Source: Octopus vulgaris (taxonomy: Eukaryota). From it: a stretch of 64,000 nucleotides of DNA. The notes beneath the pieces were generated by a model. It was not told the DNA's origin, made no database searches, and saw only the letters and a list, made by a program, of their open reading frames with translations. Location of the stretch: the NCBI GenBank assembly GCA_951406725.2, contig OX597819.1:120714001-120778000 (forward strand), read 5' to 3'. The position numbers were made by a program, and so were the translations under genes. Shown in pieces: positions 39,051 to 52,355 of this stretch; positions within the stretch are counted from its first letter, which is position 1, and each line of letters begins with the position of its first letter.

Positions 39051-39230
39051 TATAAAACTAGATGATGGGCATCAACAGATGTATTAGTATAACGCTCAGG
39101 AATTGAAAAGGTATTTTAGGTTTCGAGCCTACACTCTTCTACACAAAGGAACACAGAAAAAAACAAGGGGAGAAAAAATATGTGTAGTGGCAACCGATCC
39201 ATCATGGCGACTGCCGGACAGAAGGGTCTC
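39051..39230 (-). mobile_element. PLE-like terminal repeat, copy 2
   Basis: GTAGAA-GAGT-GTAG-GCTC-GAAAC; CCTGAGCGTTATACTAATACATCTG shared with copy 3. Confidence 0.6.
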
Positions 39231-39712
39231 ACAGAAGAGCGAAGAAGTAGGGGAGATAACAAAGTAAAGATGACCCCCCAAAACGAAGGTGCGGGTGTGC
39301 ATAAGAGAGTACGTATGTGCGTGTGAAAGAGGGCTGGTGGTCTTGACGTATACGTGTGTGTACGTATAGGTGTGAAAATGTGGGGGATGGGAATTGGTCA
39401 GTGCTGGTGTGTGGGTGGTGTGTTGTGATGTGATGTGTAGTGTGGTATGGTGTAGTGTGTGGTTGTGTGATGTTGTTGGGAGGTGGGGGAGGTGATTCAT
39501 GTATATGTATATGCATATATATATATATATGTAGATGAGTGTATTTCTACCTTGTTAACAATTAACAGGGTAGCAAATAAATAGCAAAAAGCTCACAAGA
39601 ATAAATAAATGGAGTTTAACGCAGGTATAAATAAAATATTTTTATTTTCGACACATGTTTGGAAAATTCCACTGATATTATTCAAAAGAATAAATGGTAT
39701 AAACAATGCAAT

Positions 39713-39840
<128 letters not shown>

Positions 39841-40707
39841 TATGTATGTATATTGAGAAAAGAGAAGGAAGAGAGAAACGGAAAGGCAGAGACAGAGACA
39901 TAGAAAGAAATAGACAGAAGTAAGAAAGGCAGATAGACTGACAGATAAATAGGTTGACAGCATATACATATGGTGGCGTGTTTTTGTTTCAAGTATTTTA
40001 TTCTAAACATTCGCTAAGTTCCATTTTGATATTGCTTACTAAATAATAAAAATAAAATTTATAACTATTTTTTAATCTAAACTCTAGAATAGCATTCCCA
40101 TTTCCATTAACAATTCTGTATCTATATGCCATCGTTTGATTAAAATGATAACAGCGATAGATTATTACATCGTTCTGTAGCGGGATAAAAGGATGGGATT
40201 AAACAGAAGCAGATAGGGGGTATTTAATTGAAAACATTACTAGCAGTTAAAGAATTCCTCAAAAATGAAATTATATTAAAAAACGAGAATATTAACTATA
40301 AGAACTTTACTAATATTAATTATGGAAATTGCAGAGAATCGCCGAAAAGCCAAGACATATGCAGTATACGTGTAATGAAATAAAATAGTTATCAGGAGCT
40401 GACAAGTACAAGACTTTAAATCCGGTGATGATTATATTCGCAGTTGTAACGTTATTTCCATGATCCTTCGTTGCCCACTGCAAAACGAGACAACTGCGTA
40501 ACAATACAAGTGTTTAACTCAGATGACGAGCCTTTCCAAGTAGATAGTGTAGCGGCACAAGCAGTCAGCGCCATATTGTATGAGACCTCGCGGCAGCCGT
40601 TGCCATCTCCGAGACTGGAGCGAGACCTCACCAGCATACATTTGCCATGCGCGAGATCACAACGAAGCTCGCGATGGCAAACTGTATATTAGGGCAAGCT
40701 ATATATA

Positions 40708-40936
40708 AGGTGGCGAGCTGGCAGAAACGTTAGCACGCCGGGCGAAATGCTTTGTGGTATTTCGTCCGCAACGTTCTGAGTTCAAATTCCGCCGAGGTCG
40801 ACTTTGCCTTTCATCCTTTCGGGGTCGATTAAATAAGTACCTATTACGCACTGGGGTCGATGTAATCGACTTAATCCGTTTGTCTGTCGTTGTTTGTCCT
40901 CTCTGTGTTTAGCCCCTGGTGGGTAGTAAAGAAATA
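40708..40936 (+). mobile_element. SINE family B monomer
   Basis: Full head to AAAGAAATA; TSD-like T(A/G)TATATAAG. Confidence 0.9.
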
Positions 40937-41379
40937 TGTATATAAGGGCAAGACAGAAACTGATTCATTCTTTCTTTCCGCCTCTTTGCAGCAGCGCTGG
41001 CTCAGCGCACTCCATTGGCTGGGCCTGTCTGTATGTTGTACCTCCAGAGGCAATGTGCCCGCATTAACGGAGTTATACACAACGCACACAGCTGAAAATC
41101 GTTGCTGAGAGCAGCACACTTCACCTATCCTGTGAAACCTATAAATAAGCCAGTTGTAAATTGCATTTGTGTTTGCAGTCTTCTCTCTTCGCCTGCCGGT
41201 GCGAGAACTACCCGAAGAACAAAAAGAGATAATGGAGGAAGGCGATATTCTCTCGATATCGTAAACCTTGCCATCCATTATAATATAAAGGAATATAAAA
41301 TATATCAAATTGAGATTAAATTCGAACATATACCACTATTCTATTATAACCACATTCTCCTTCACACCCACAATCACGC

Positions 41380-41562
41380 ACATGACAGATCATTAGCCAC
41401 TAGACACATTTTTTCTCTCCTTGTTTTTTCTGTGTACCTTTCTGTAGAAGAGCGTAAGCTCGAAACGTAAAAGACTTTTTCTATTCCTGAGCGTTATACT
41501 AATACATCTGTTTGTTTTGTACACCACCTGTCTTCGTCTTTTATTTTTTTCGCAAACTCTCC
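41380..41562 (+). mobile_element. PLE-like terminal repeat, copy 3
   Basis: CTGTAGAA-GAGC-GTAA-GCTC-GAAAC. Confidence 0.6.
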
Positions 41563-41645
41563 ATATATAGATATATGTGTATATACTTATTCATCCTTTA
41601 ATTTACGCAGATGATCATTCTTAAACACAGACACACACACACATG

Positions 41646-42968
41646 CAGGTGTTGGACAAAATGATAGAAACCCCAGTTTATACTTAACTGTTTTACCTAC
41701 TGGCAATATGACAGGTAGAAAATTATTCTAGTCTGTATATATTTGGTTATGTGCATTGAGAATACCTTCTTCTTCTTCATGATATAACACTTTTGAATGA
41801 ATTAAAATGCGCGACCAGTCTAATTTCCAAAGAGAATACATTGTGGCAACGTGGATGGTTGGAACGTCGGTCGCTAAAACTACTGAACTGTTTAATGTTT
41901 CGAGAGGCACAATGTTTAAAATCAAGTTGCGATTCCGAATCCAAGAAAAAGCAAGCTTTTACAAGCATAATTCTGGACGGAATATCATAACGAAATCGCA
42001 GAATTTTGAAACGTATTGCATCTAAAAAAAAACACATAAAAAAAGCCTGACAGCAGACCCTAACCACCACATTGTCAACCTTGTGTCGAACAAAACCGTG
42101 TTTCATGTGATATATATGAGATATAAATACCACGGACGAACTGCAAATTCTATATCTCTTCTCTCCAACCAACATCGATATGTGAAAACATGATGTCTAG
42201 AATATTAGGAGTGGTAAATGACTCAATGCATTACTATCACCTTTTATGATGGATCATCATTCACCTTTTCCTTCACGTAGGGGTGAGTTTATATCTAGAG
42301 ACAGCTGAGAGAAGCTTTCAGCTCTGATTGATTGATCCTGCTGTGAAGCACGGAAGCGCTCGCTGATGATTCGGGCAGCCATATTTATTTCAAATTTTGG
42401 TACAAGATCAGTAATTTCGGGAAAGAAGATTACATAGACTTCAGTGTTTCACTGGAAGGATGAAAGGCAAAGTTGACCACCGAGGAATTTGAACTCAGAA
42501 CGTAATGGGTGTTAACGATTCTGCCGGCGTGACGCCTTATTTTGGGCAGCCATACTATGAAATACTCTTGGCACTTTAGTTGTTCTATATGGCAGAATTA
42601 GCTCCAACGATTATTTTGTGAAATATCTCCATCATATAGCAAAGGCGTTTTTCTGTTTTGCTAGCACAATTTTTAAGGATGATTTTGCGCTGATTCAAAT
42701 GGCTTATGATATATAAAGATTAGTAGATTGTGGCCTTCACAATGACCGGATCTCAATGTAATCAAATATATATTGCGAATTTAGAGAAGCCAGTGAGGAA
42801 CCGCTTTCCCCCACCTTCGTTACTAAAAAAGCTAAAGCATGTTTTACTGAAGGAATGGTTCAAAATTCCTCTACCGCTCATACAAGATATGTACAAGACA
42901 ATTGTGATTGATGCCATGGCTGAGTCAACTAGAATATAAATAAAACTTCCATTGTTTTCAACCGTTGC
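41646..42968 (+). mobile_element. Tc1-like transposon remnant with a nested SINE B (about 42388-42538, minus strand)
   Basis: CAGGTGTTGGACAAAA start; MRDQSNFQREYIVATWMVGTSVAKTTELFNVSRGT (Tc1 HTH), WPSQ*PDLNVI, LKHVLLKEWFKIP; nested SINE has TSD GGGCAGCCATA. Confidence 0.8.
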
Positions 42969-43067
42969 ATATAAATCAACACACACACACACACACAGAG
43001 ATAGAAAGAGAAAGATACATAAATAAATAGATATAGACAAATATTTCGGTAGAGAGATAGATAGGTA

Positions 43068-43631
43068 TTGGGTTGTCCGGAAAGTTCATGCCGATTTTTA
43101 AAGGAAAGAAAAGGTCAATAAATACTTGCCATTACATTTTTAATCAACCAAATATGAACCATTTCGTTGCACAATGCGTCTCCATCTTTCCTTTACCTTG
43201 AAAATACCCACTTCTCAGAATTGAGGTGGTTTCATGGCAAAGAATGCATCAAGGTATCGTTTTACGCCATCCAAGGAATTGAAATTTTACCATTAAAACT
43301 ATTATGCAGAAACCTAAATAAGTGGAAATCCGAAGGAGCAATGTCTAGTGAATATGGAGGGTGGGGTAACACATCCAAGCAGAGCTGCAGCAATTTTTGT
43401 CTGGTTCCCAAAGCATCAAGTGCCGAAAATGAACTTTCTTATCTTCCATTTTAAAGGGTTACAGAATTAACACAGGTTATAGGAACATAAACCTTCTTCC
43501 ACGAAAAGATAGCTTAAACTGTGCTCTAAATTGAGGTGTAGTCAAATCCTATTTTATGGACTCAACCATGTTCTAAAATCAGTCGAAAGGTAAGCTGCTA
43601 TAAATCGGCACGAACTTTCCAGACAACCCAA
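43068..43631 (-). mobile_element. Non-autonomous (internally deleted) mariner
   Basis: TIR TTGGGTTGTC(C/T)GGAAAGTTC(A/G)TGCCG, TA TSD, YSLDIAPSDFHLF remnant. Confidence 0.92.
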
Positions 43632-44145
43632 TATTTATGTAAGTAGATAAAAAAAAATTACCGCATCTAAAACGTGAAAACAGTTGTAAGAATAGACTAA
43701 GATGCCTTCACTTGATATGGATGAACTCTATAATATATATTATATTTAGTAAGTGTTTATCTATATATTTCTGTTATACACTCACAATCAAACATTCATT
43801 TTTTCTTAAGTATACAACCAATCAAATTTTTATGTATTCGAATTTATCTTTACACACACATGCATCCAATCTAAATCTTTCTGTTTGAATCCAATATTGT
43901 AGGCATCCAATCTCGAGCTTTCGTTTCAACGTCATTTTGTGGATATTTTTTTTAACGGCTTTCACCAGATTCATTTTATAGATTCTGCTTTATTACTTGG
44001 AGACGCGCGACTACACAAAGGAATTCAACAGTTTGAAGATTTAACTTAATAAATGGAATATATATTGACAGTGTCAGTAGCGAGCATTCTTATTTCTTGT
44101 CATTGCCGAATTTTTTGTAGACGAGCCACTATATAAGATAAATTT

Positions 44146-44560
44146 AAGGCGGCGAGCTTGCAGAAACGATAGCGCGCCGGGTGAAATACATAGCGGTATT
44201 TTGTCTGTCGTTACGTTGTGAGTTCAAATTCCGCCGAGGTCAACTTTGCCTTTCATCCTTTCGGGGTCGATAAATTAAGTACCAGTTACGCACTGGGGTC
44301 AATATAATCGACTTAATACCTATGTCTGTCCTTGTTTGTCCCCTCTGTGTTTATCCCCTTGTGGGTAATAAAGAAATACGTATTTTGTCTGTCGTTACGT
44401 TCTGAGTTCAAATTCCGCCGAGGTTGACTTTACCTTTCATCCTTTCGGGGTCGATAAATTAAGTACCAGTTACGCACTGGGGTCGATTTAATCGACTTAA
44501 TCCCTTTGTCTGTCCTTGTTTGTCCCCCTCTATGTTTAGCCCCTTGTGGGCAGTAAAGAA
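44146..44560 (+). mobile_element. SINE family B dimer within one TSD
   Basis: TSD ATAAGATAAATTT at 44133 and 44561. Confidence 0.9.
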
Positions 44561-44869
44561 ATAAGATAAATTTTAATTTTCTTAGAAATATTACATGTTT
44601 CGGTTCTTAAACGAATCTTATCAAAAATATTTTTAAAAGTTAAGTGTAAAAAAAAAGTTCATAATTGTTTCTTACTAAGTCTCAACAAAGTCTACGTAGT
44701 AGTTTTTTGTGGGTGGGGGAGCATAATAGCTGTCTTGTGTGTTGACTAGATTCGTTGGCTGTAGTTGGGGAAATGACCAGCGGCCGAAATAGCAGTAGTA
44801 GCAGTGACTGTTGGTTGTAGTAGTAGTGACCGTGGTTATGGTGGCTGGAGTTCATTGGCTGTAGAAAAG

Positions 44870-45600
44870 TGGAATGATAACACTTTGTTCTATGGACCGG
44901 AAGGTTCTTAGGATCCAGGAGCTCATCCTAAGAGGTATATCGACCTTATTGTTGATGTGGGCATTCCAACCGAGATTGTTATCAACAATTACTTCTAGGT
45001 CTCTGATATTATTAGCTGCTACCCTCTTCCTAAACGAAGAGAGTATGGTTGTTGTAGCATAGTCTTTTTTCTAACATGCATTTTGTTTCTTTCTGCCCAT
45101 TGACTCACCGCATGTAGATTAGCCTGGAGGTGAGTTCGGTCTTCTTCTTCATTAATTATTTTCTGGAGCTTGGTGTCATCAACAAATATTTTCACTTTGC
45201 TGTGTTTTACGACGCGGGAAAGGTCGTTTATTATAAAGAAGAGCGGGCCCAAGACAGTCCCCTGAGGGATACCACTGATGACTTTTGCTGGGTTTCAGTG
45301 GACTCCATCGAACACAACCTTTTGTGTGCTGTTCGTCAGGAAATACTCAATCCAGTTTAGAAGTTTTCCACGGATTCCAACATTTGTCAATTTCGAGAGT
45401 AAAATATTATGGTCAACTCTGTCGAACACTTTACTGAAGTCATGATATACAACATCAGAGTTTGAATCTGTTCCCAAAGCCGTAAGTATACCATCGATGT
45501 GATGTAAGAGCTGTGTTAGACAGTCTCTGCCACAGCGAAAGCCATGCTGATTTGCATTTAGGAGTTTGTGGGTCTCCAAGAAGCCAGCTATCCTTGATCT
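44870..45600 (-). pseudogene. Non-LTR (CR1/L2/Jockey group) reverse transcriptase fragment
   Basis: NQHGFR, DFSKVFDRVDH, GIPQGTVLGPLFF, FVDDTKL motifs with frameshifts. Confidence 0.9.
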
Positions 45601-45644
45601 TACACACACACACACACACACACTCACATATGTATATATATGCG

Positions 45645-45746
<102 letters not shown>

Positions 45747-45799
45747 ATATATATATATATGTATGTATATATATACATATATATATATATAATATATTC

Positions 45800-46201
45800 T
45801 TTTACTCTTTTACTCTTTTACTTGTTTCAGTCATTTGACTGTGGCCATGCTGGAGCACCGCCTTTTAGTCGAGCAAATCGACCCCGGGACTTATTCTTTG
45901 TAAGCCTAGTACTTACTCTATCGGTCTCTTTTGCCGAACCGCTAGGTGACGGGGACATAAACACACCAGTATCGGTTGTCAAGCAATGCTAGGGGGACAA
46001 ACACAGGCACACACACACACATATATATATACATACATATATACGACGGGCTTCTTTCAGTTTCCGTCTACCAAATCCGCTCACAAGGCATTGGTCGGCC
46101 TGGGGCTATAGCAGAAGACACTTGCCCAAGATGCCATGCAGTGGGATTGAATCCGGAACCATGTGGCTGGTAAGCAAGCTACTTACCACACAGCCCCTCC
46201 T

Positions 46202-46205
<4 letters not shown>
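45800..46205 (-). mobile_element. SINE family A, full length
   Basis: Close match to the other copies. Confidence 0.9.
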
Positions 46206-46239
<34 letters not shown>

Positions 46240-46371
46240 GTATGTATTTATGTATGTATGTATATTGTCAATAGTCCATGTGTCCAGATGAGTCTCCTAT
46301 ATTGCTAAACGCTTTATAAGTAGAAAACCAATGGCCACTCGTTGATTGGCCATAACTTTTAATTTCCTGTA

Positions 46372-47048
46372 CGTGGGGATACGTAAAAGAAACTGGATTT
46401 TCGTAATATTATTTTATTTACTTAATTTTACATGTTTACATTTTTATCGCCTTCAAAGTATTCTTTATTTGAAGCAACGCATCGGTGCAGGTGCGTTTTC
46501 TACTGTTCCGAAGTAGTGCTGGAACTCTTACGAAGTGATGACTTTTAACGCCTCCGTCGGTTTTTGTTCTCCTCTTCCTCATCTGCAAATTCCATGGCAC
46601 CAGCATCCGTCACCAGAGGTGATATTCGAAAAACGTCCCCATCAACTTCTAACTGTTCTTTCCCTTCGCGACGCACTGAGTCCTCAGTCGTAACTGCTTT
46701 TGATCTTCCATGATCAAGCGAGGGACCAATTTAGCTACAATTTCTCGCTCAAAATTCTTTGCCACGTGCTCCAGGTTACGCCGATCATATCAACAAGTAC
46801 GTCTATTGTTAAGTAACGGTCCTCGAAAATCAGTTCAAAAATTTTCATGATGTTTTCATTCGTTCGAGAGGTCGACGGTCACCCTGGACGTGATTGGTCT
46901 TCGAGCGACAAGTGGCAATTTATAAAGCGTGAAATCTACTCGTAAAATTGTGTTTTGCTCATGGTATCATCCTTGTAAGCTGTTTGAAGTATAACAAGTG
47001 TTTTGGCCGTCGTTTTCCCCTGCAGAATACAGAATTTCACATACAACA
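46372..47048 (-). mobile_element. Mariner remnant, internally deleted, 5' end lost
   Basis: VKFCILQGKTTAKTLVILQTAYKDDTMSKTQFYE...EDQSRPG*PSTSRT N-terminus and RCVASNKEYFEGDK C-terminus. Confidence 0.8.
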
Positions 47049-47109
47049 TAATTATTATCAATATTATTATTATTAATATTATTTTTATTATCATCATCAT
47101 CATCATCCT

Positions 47110-47191
<82 letters not shown>

Positions 47192-47199
47192 ATTGACAT

Positions 47200-47253
47200 T
47201 ATTATTATTCAGGCTAATATGCCCAAGATTCCGAGTTCGATTCCAAGCAGTGA

Positions 47254-47327
<74 letters not shown>

Positions 47328-47505
47328 TCGAAAAACCACCGAAGGAATGAGAACGCAGGTTCGAAATTTCCCCAAGACACCTGATGAAGGCTGGAGTGTA
47401 TATCAGCGGGAGCATTGTATTAACAACAAAAACATGATGACAAATATCCGCCAAATGTAAATATTTTAAATAATGTAAATAATTCCTCATTTCTTAAATA
47501 TAGAA
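47200..47505 (+). mobile_element. Second copy of the tRNA-(AAT)n-hammerhead element
   Basis: AAGATTCCGAGTTCGATTCC...GTGACCTG(AAT)n CATCGAAAAA...GACACCTGATGAAGGCTGG...; the GAAAC is mutated; tail TCTTAAATATAGAA. Confidence 0.8.
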
Positions 47506-47842
47506 ATATAGTATTAAAACGTGGTTGTTAATTTGCATTTATTTATTTGCTAAGATAAAGAATATTTCAATTTCGATTTTGATCATTTCGTTAGTTTCAG
47601 ATCGCAAGGTTCCCAGAGTTCTGTTAGTAACTCTTTTACGCTCTGCTGTTCCGTATCGTAACATGTTTGAAATTATATAACTTCTAGACACCCGCTGACT
47701 GACCGTCTTGTTTGACCCTTTACGTGAATTCATCCACCCAGCAGCAGTCATCGAGTGGACGATTTGTCTGTGCGACTGCTTCCATCGCTCGGTCGATTTA
47801 GGAATGGAAGAGAAAGAGAAGAATGGAGAGGAAGAAGAAGGA

Positions 47843-47852
47843 TAATAATAAT

Positions 47853-47929
<77 letters not shown>

Positions 47930-48173
47930 GAAGAAGAAGAAGAAGAAGATGAAGAAGAAGAAGAAGAAGAAGAAGAAGAAGAAGAAGAAGAAGAAGAAGA
48001 AGAAGAAGAAGAAGAAGAAGAAGAGTAGGATGATGTTAAGGAGAAAAAGAAGGGAAAATATGATGGTGACGGTAATGATGATGAGAAGAGAAAATAACAA
48101 AAATAGTATTGGTAGTAGATGATGATGACGATGATGATGGTGATGGCAAAGATAAGTAGCAGTAGTAGAAACT

Positions 48174-48224
<51 letters not shown>

Positions 48225-48400
48225 ATAGTGGTAGCACAAGCAGCAGTAGTAGTAGTTGTAGTGGTGGTAGTGATGTCGATGGTGGTGGCGATGTGGTACA
48301 TGAAATAGGAGAGGTTGATGAAGAAAGAAGAAATTAAAAAAAGCGAAGTAACTTCCGGTCTTTATGATGGAAAATATAAACGTCTGAAATTTAGATATTT

Positions 48401-48490
<90 letters not shown>

Positions 48491-48517
48491 CTGCTGCTAT
48501 TACAGCTGCTGCTGCTG

Positions 48518-48592
<75 letters not shown>

Positions 48593-48615
48593 ATGTTGCT
48601 GCTGCTGCTTCTGCT
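47843..48615. repeat. Trinucleotide microsatellite cluster (AAT, AAG, TAG, CTA, TAA, CTG)
   Basis: Directly visible. Confidence 0.95.
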
Positions 48616-49049
48616 GCTGTTTTTGTGATCAACATCTCCAGCATTCTCATCATCATCATCATTAATACCGTCCTGTTACGGCGGCAAATTTCAGTTATCA
48701 ATTCCGCAAAACGAGGGAAATCCGACAGTCATAATCGCGCAAAAGTATCCTGAAACAAGGATATAAAGACACCTATTATTATTGACTAGTTTCGAACGGA
48801 TAAAACAACAACTTATTGTAGCAAGTTCCCATTCTATGAGATGATTGGTTCTTCTATGAACCGCACAAATATTGGTTGTGCTGTTTCTGAAGTAACAGAA
48901 CAAGTTTTCTCGTAGGTTGAAAGAATCACAATGCTAATCGTAAACACAGGCTCTGGTTCTATTTCACTTCTTCGCATTTTTGCTTTTTTATTTATCAGTT
49001 AGTTAATCAGTTAACCAATTAACACATCGATTGCTTTGATTAATCAATC

Positions 49050-49370
49050 AAATGTCATCATGCTTCAGGACCAGCTACTGCAACAGCCTGGGTTTTAAGG
49101 GCCCACAGCTTTTTAATATTCTCCCAAAAAGTCTGAGGAACTTGCACAAAGTAGATGTAGCGGTTTTTAAATCAAAGCTGGACCTCTTCCTGTCGAGAGT
49201 CCCAGATGAACCTACCTCACGGCAAGAGGTGCAAATGAGGGTATCTATATCAAACTCAATTCTTCACCAAGTGCCACATATTAGAGGAGGCTCTTAGTAA
49301 TAACAGTGTTGCACAAAACGGCGGTGCATCAGCATGGCCGCAGTTCTGAGCTGAAACTGAAAAATAAAAT
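49050..49370 (+). mobile_element. CR1/L2-type LINE 3' end, second copy
   Basis: SLGFKGPQLFNILPKSLRNLHKVDVAVFKSKLDLFLSRVPDEPTSRQEVQMR; same 3' tail as 36890-37295. Confidence 0.8.
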
Positions 49371-50100
49371 CGTTCACTCAGTCAATTAATCAATAACTCG
49401 GTTAAGATTGTCAAAATCCTTTCGTTGTCATTTGCGAGACGTAGACAAAGCCAATCTGATTGGATTGATTGTTTCTTCGAACAATTGGTAAAACACTGGA
49501 TTAGCTTATTAGTTAAATAGTTAAACATTTGACAGATTAAAGACAAAATTATGAAGAAGTGAAATAGAACCAATGCGTGTGTATATTATTGGCGTTATGA
49601 CCTTTCCGAGATGCAACAAAATATGTTTCAACGCACGATTCCACAACAAGAATATTGCATACCAAATACAAAGCCGAAACACTGTAAGTTTTCCAAAGCT
49701 GTATCTGATACATTGCTTCATGGTCTCTCACAGAATCACTGTGAAATATGCGAATCTCACTCTTTTGGTAAATTCCCTGTGGGCCAAAATTTCATTATCA
49801 TTTTGGGAAATAATATGACGCCTTATAATTTCATGATGAATGACATTATCATGATTCGTATGACACAGGATCATCATAAAAACTGACAAAAACTCAATAG
49901 CAATCGGAGAAGCCATTGACAGTTTACATTTATCGGTCTGCTATAAAGTAGGAGAATGTTTCAATAAGCCTTCCGGCGAACCCGTTATATATGTGTTGAG
50001 TATGTATGTATGTATGTATGTATGTATGTATGTATGTATGTATGTATGTATGTATGTATGTATGTGTGTATGTGTGCGTGTGTGCATGTCTTTGTGTGTC

Positions 50101-50238
50101 TGTGCGGTAAGTAGCTTGCTTACCAACCACATGGTTCCAGGTTCAGTCACACTGCGCAAGTGTCTTCTACTATAGCCTCGGGCCGACCAGAGCCTTGTGA
50201 GTGAAATTGGTTGTAGGAAACTGAAAAAAGCCCGTCGT

Positions 50239-50271
<33 letters not shown>

Positions 50272-50843
50272 CATCTCTATATAAACGGCAGTTTGTCTGT
50301 GTGTGTTTCTGTGTGTCTGTTTGGTTGTACCCTCACCCTGACCACGGCTTTCAACCGATTCTGATGAAACTTGACACACACATAGCCCAATGTCATAATT
50401 CAAAACTAACGCAGCAAAAATTTTGAAAAGTTCCCCCAGTTCTGAAAAAAATCGATAAATTCGACATGGGGTCGAGAATCAGAAACACAAACCACAGACT
50501 GTCTAGGGGACGCAACTCCACCTTTTTACCATCATTTTTTTCCCATTTTTTTGCTATATTTTGGCTATAACTATCTAAAAATGCTTTATAGTTATTTCCC
50601 TTACAAACCCGAGCAACGCCGGGCGACACTGCTAGTATGTATATATATGTATATGCTTGTGCCTGTGTTTGACAACCGATGTTGGTGTGTTTAAGTCCCC
50701 GTGAACTAGCGGTTCGGCAAAAAGTCCCGATAGAATAAGTACTAGGCTTAAAAGGTATAACTCCTGGAGTCGATTTGCTCAACTTAAAGACGGTGTTTCA
50801 GCATGGCCGCAGTCAAATGTCTGACACAAATATAAGAATAAAA

Positions 50844-50845
<2 letters not shown>
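50101..50845 (+). mobile_element. SINE family A interrupted by a Helitron
   Basis: Head part at 50101-50240 and 3' part at 50650-50845. Confidence 0.8.
50274..50635 (+). mobile_element. Non-autonomous Helitron
   Basis: A|TCTCTATATAAA 5' end, 3' hairpin CCCGAGCAACGCCGGG, CTAG|T end, no TSD. Confidence 0.85.
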
Positions 50846-50888
<43 letters not shown>

Positions 50889-51461
50889 CATGTATATATG
50901 TGTGTGTATATGTATGTGTGTGTGTCATTTCATATACATAAAACGCGAGGTAAGTAATTGAAGAGGGTTGATGCAAAGGAAGTGGAACGACATAACAAAA
51001 TGTGAACACAAACAGTAAAAGAAAGGGAAGGAAAGAAGGCCAAAGTCTGTGAGACAAGAGCTCAATCCGGAGACGGCAGTTTTCTCTAGTACGGCAAAAG
51101 AAATTTATTCATATACTTGCATCTACTAAACATTTCTGGTCTCCAATTGAGTAGCCTGGTGACATTCTTGCATTAAAAAGAATGTATGAGTTTTCAGTGA
51201 CGCATGGCTTGTATCTCTTTGATGCATTTACATTTAGTACAGATTTCTCCACGATGCTTTGCTCGCTTATTTGTGGTATCTAGATCACATACGTGTCAAG
51301 CAAACTTAGTGGCTTTTTTTTTACATCGATATGTCGAAAGGAAGACTGATGGCTGCATGGCCTTCGGATATTTAATATATTTTGTCATTTCGATTACGTT
51401 ATTCTATAGGATTGCTTCTCTCTCTCTCTGTCTCTCTCTCTGTCTCTCACACACACATATA

Positions 51462-52355
51462 CGGGGTCTCATCAATAAGTATCCGGACTGTTGCCGTAGT
51501 AACGAAACTGAAACACTCAGAGTGAAGCCGTTTGATACACATTGACCTTCAAGTATGTTGTACATGCACATTCAGTTTTAACGTTCTCGCTTATTTTCGC
51601 TGTTTATAGAAATGCTTGGAAAGAACGTGTGTAACTTGCGATCGTCGCATTCACCGGGGCAGAGAAAACTGAGCAGAAAATCTGCATCAAATCTTGCCTA
51701 AAATTTGATGATACGTGCTCAGAGTCCTGTGCAAAGTTTTCAAAAACTTGTCATCATTTTCGACACGATGAAAGAGATCTTGTGCAACAGGAACCCGAGT
51801 GCCTTGTTGGTCAGCTGAAAACAGTTTTGGCGCAAACTTGGCAGACATGCGTCTCATACCCAAATCGTCACTGGTAATGGACTGAACTGAACCGTAACTA
51901 ATCTGCATATCTTCTGATAACTCACGGATGGGGATTCGATGATTCCCTCTCACAGCTGCACACACATCTGCGATGTTTTTCTCAGTTCTGCTGGTTGCAG
52001 GTCTCCCAGAACGTTCATTACTATTGACATTTTTCAGCCTTCTTGGAGAAGTCTGAAGCACTAGTACACTTGTGTGCCGCTCATACACTCCTCTCCATAC
52101 ACTTTCTGCAACTTTTCGTTGGCCTCTGAGCAGTTATCACCATTACAACTTTCTCTATCATGATCAATGAGACGATCACACACTACAAAGTTTCATTTCA
52201 AGCTCTGCTGTAAAGAGCGAATGTGAGCTAGAATGCTAAAACTTAGTGCGATTGCACAGCAAAGTCCAAGGTCAATCTGTGCCAAGCGGCTTCCCTCTGC
52301 TTGCTTCACCTTCGTTACTATGGTCACGGTCCGGATACTTATCCATCTGACCTCG
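51462..52355. mobile_element. Mariner-derived element made of two convergent 5' ends
   Basis: TIRs CG(G/A)GGTC...ATAAGTATCCGGAC with TA flanks. Plus strand EKTEQKICIKSC; minus strand EKLQKVYGEECMS...ERSGRPATSRTE...LGMRRMSAKFAPK. Confidence 0.8.
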
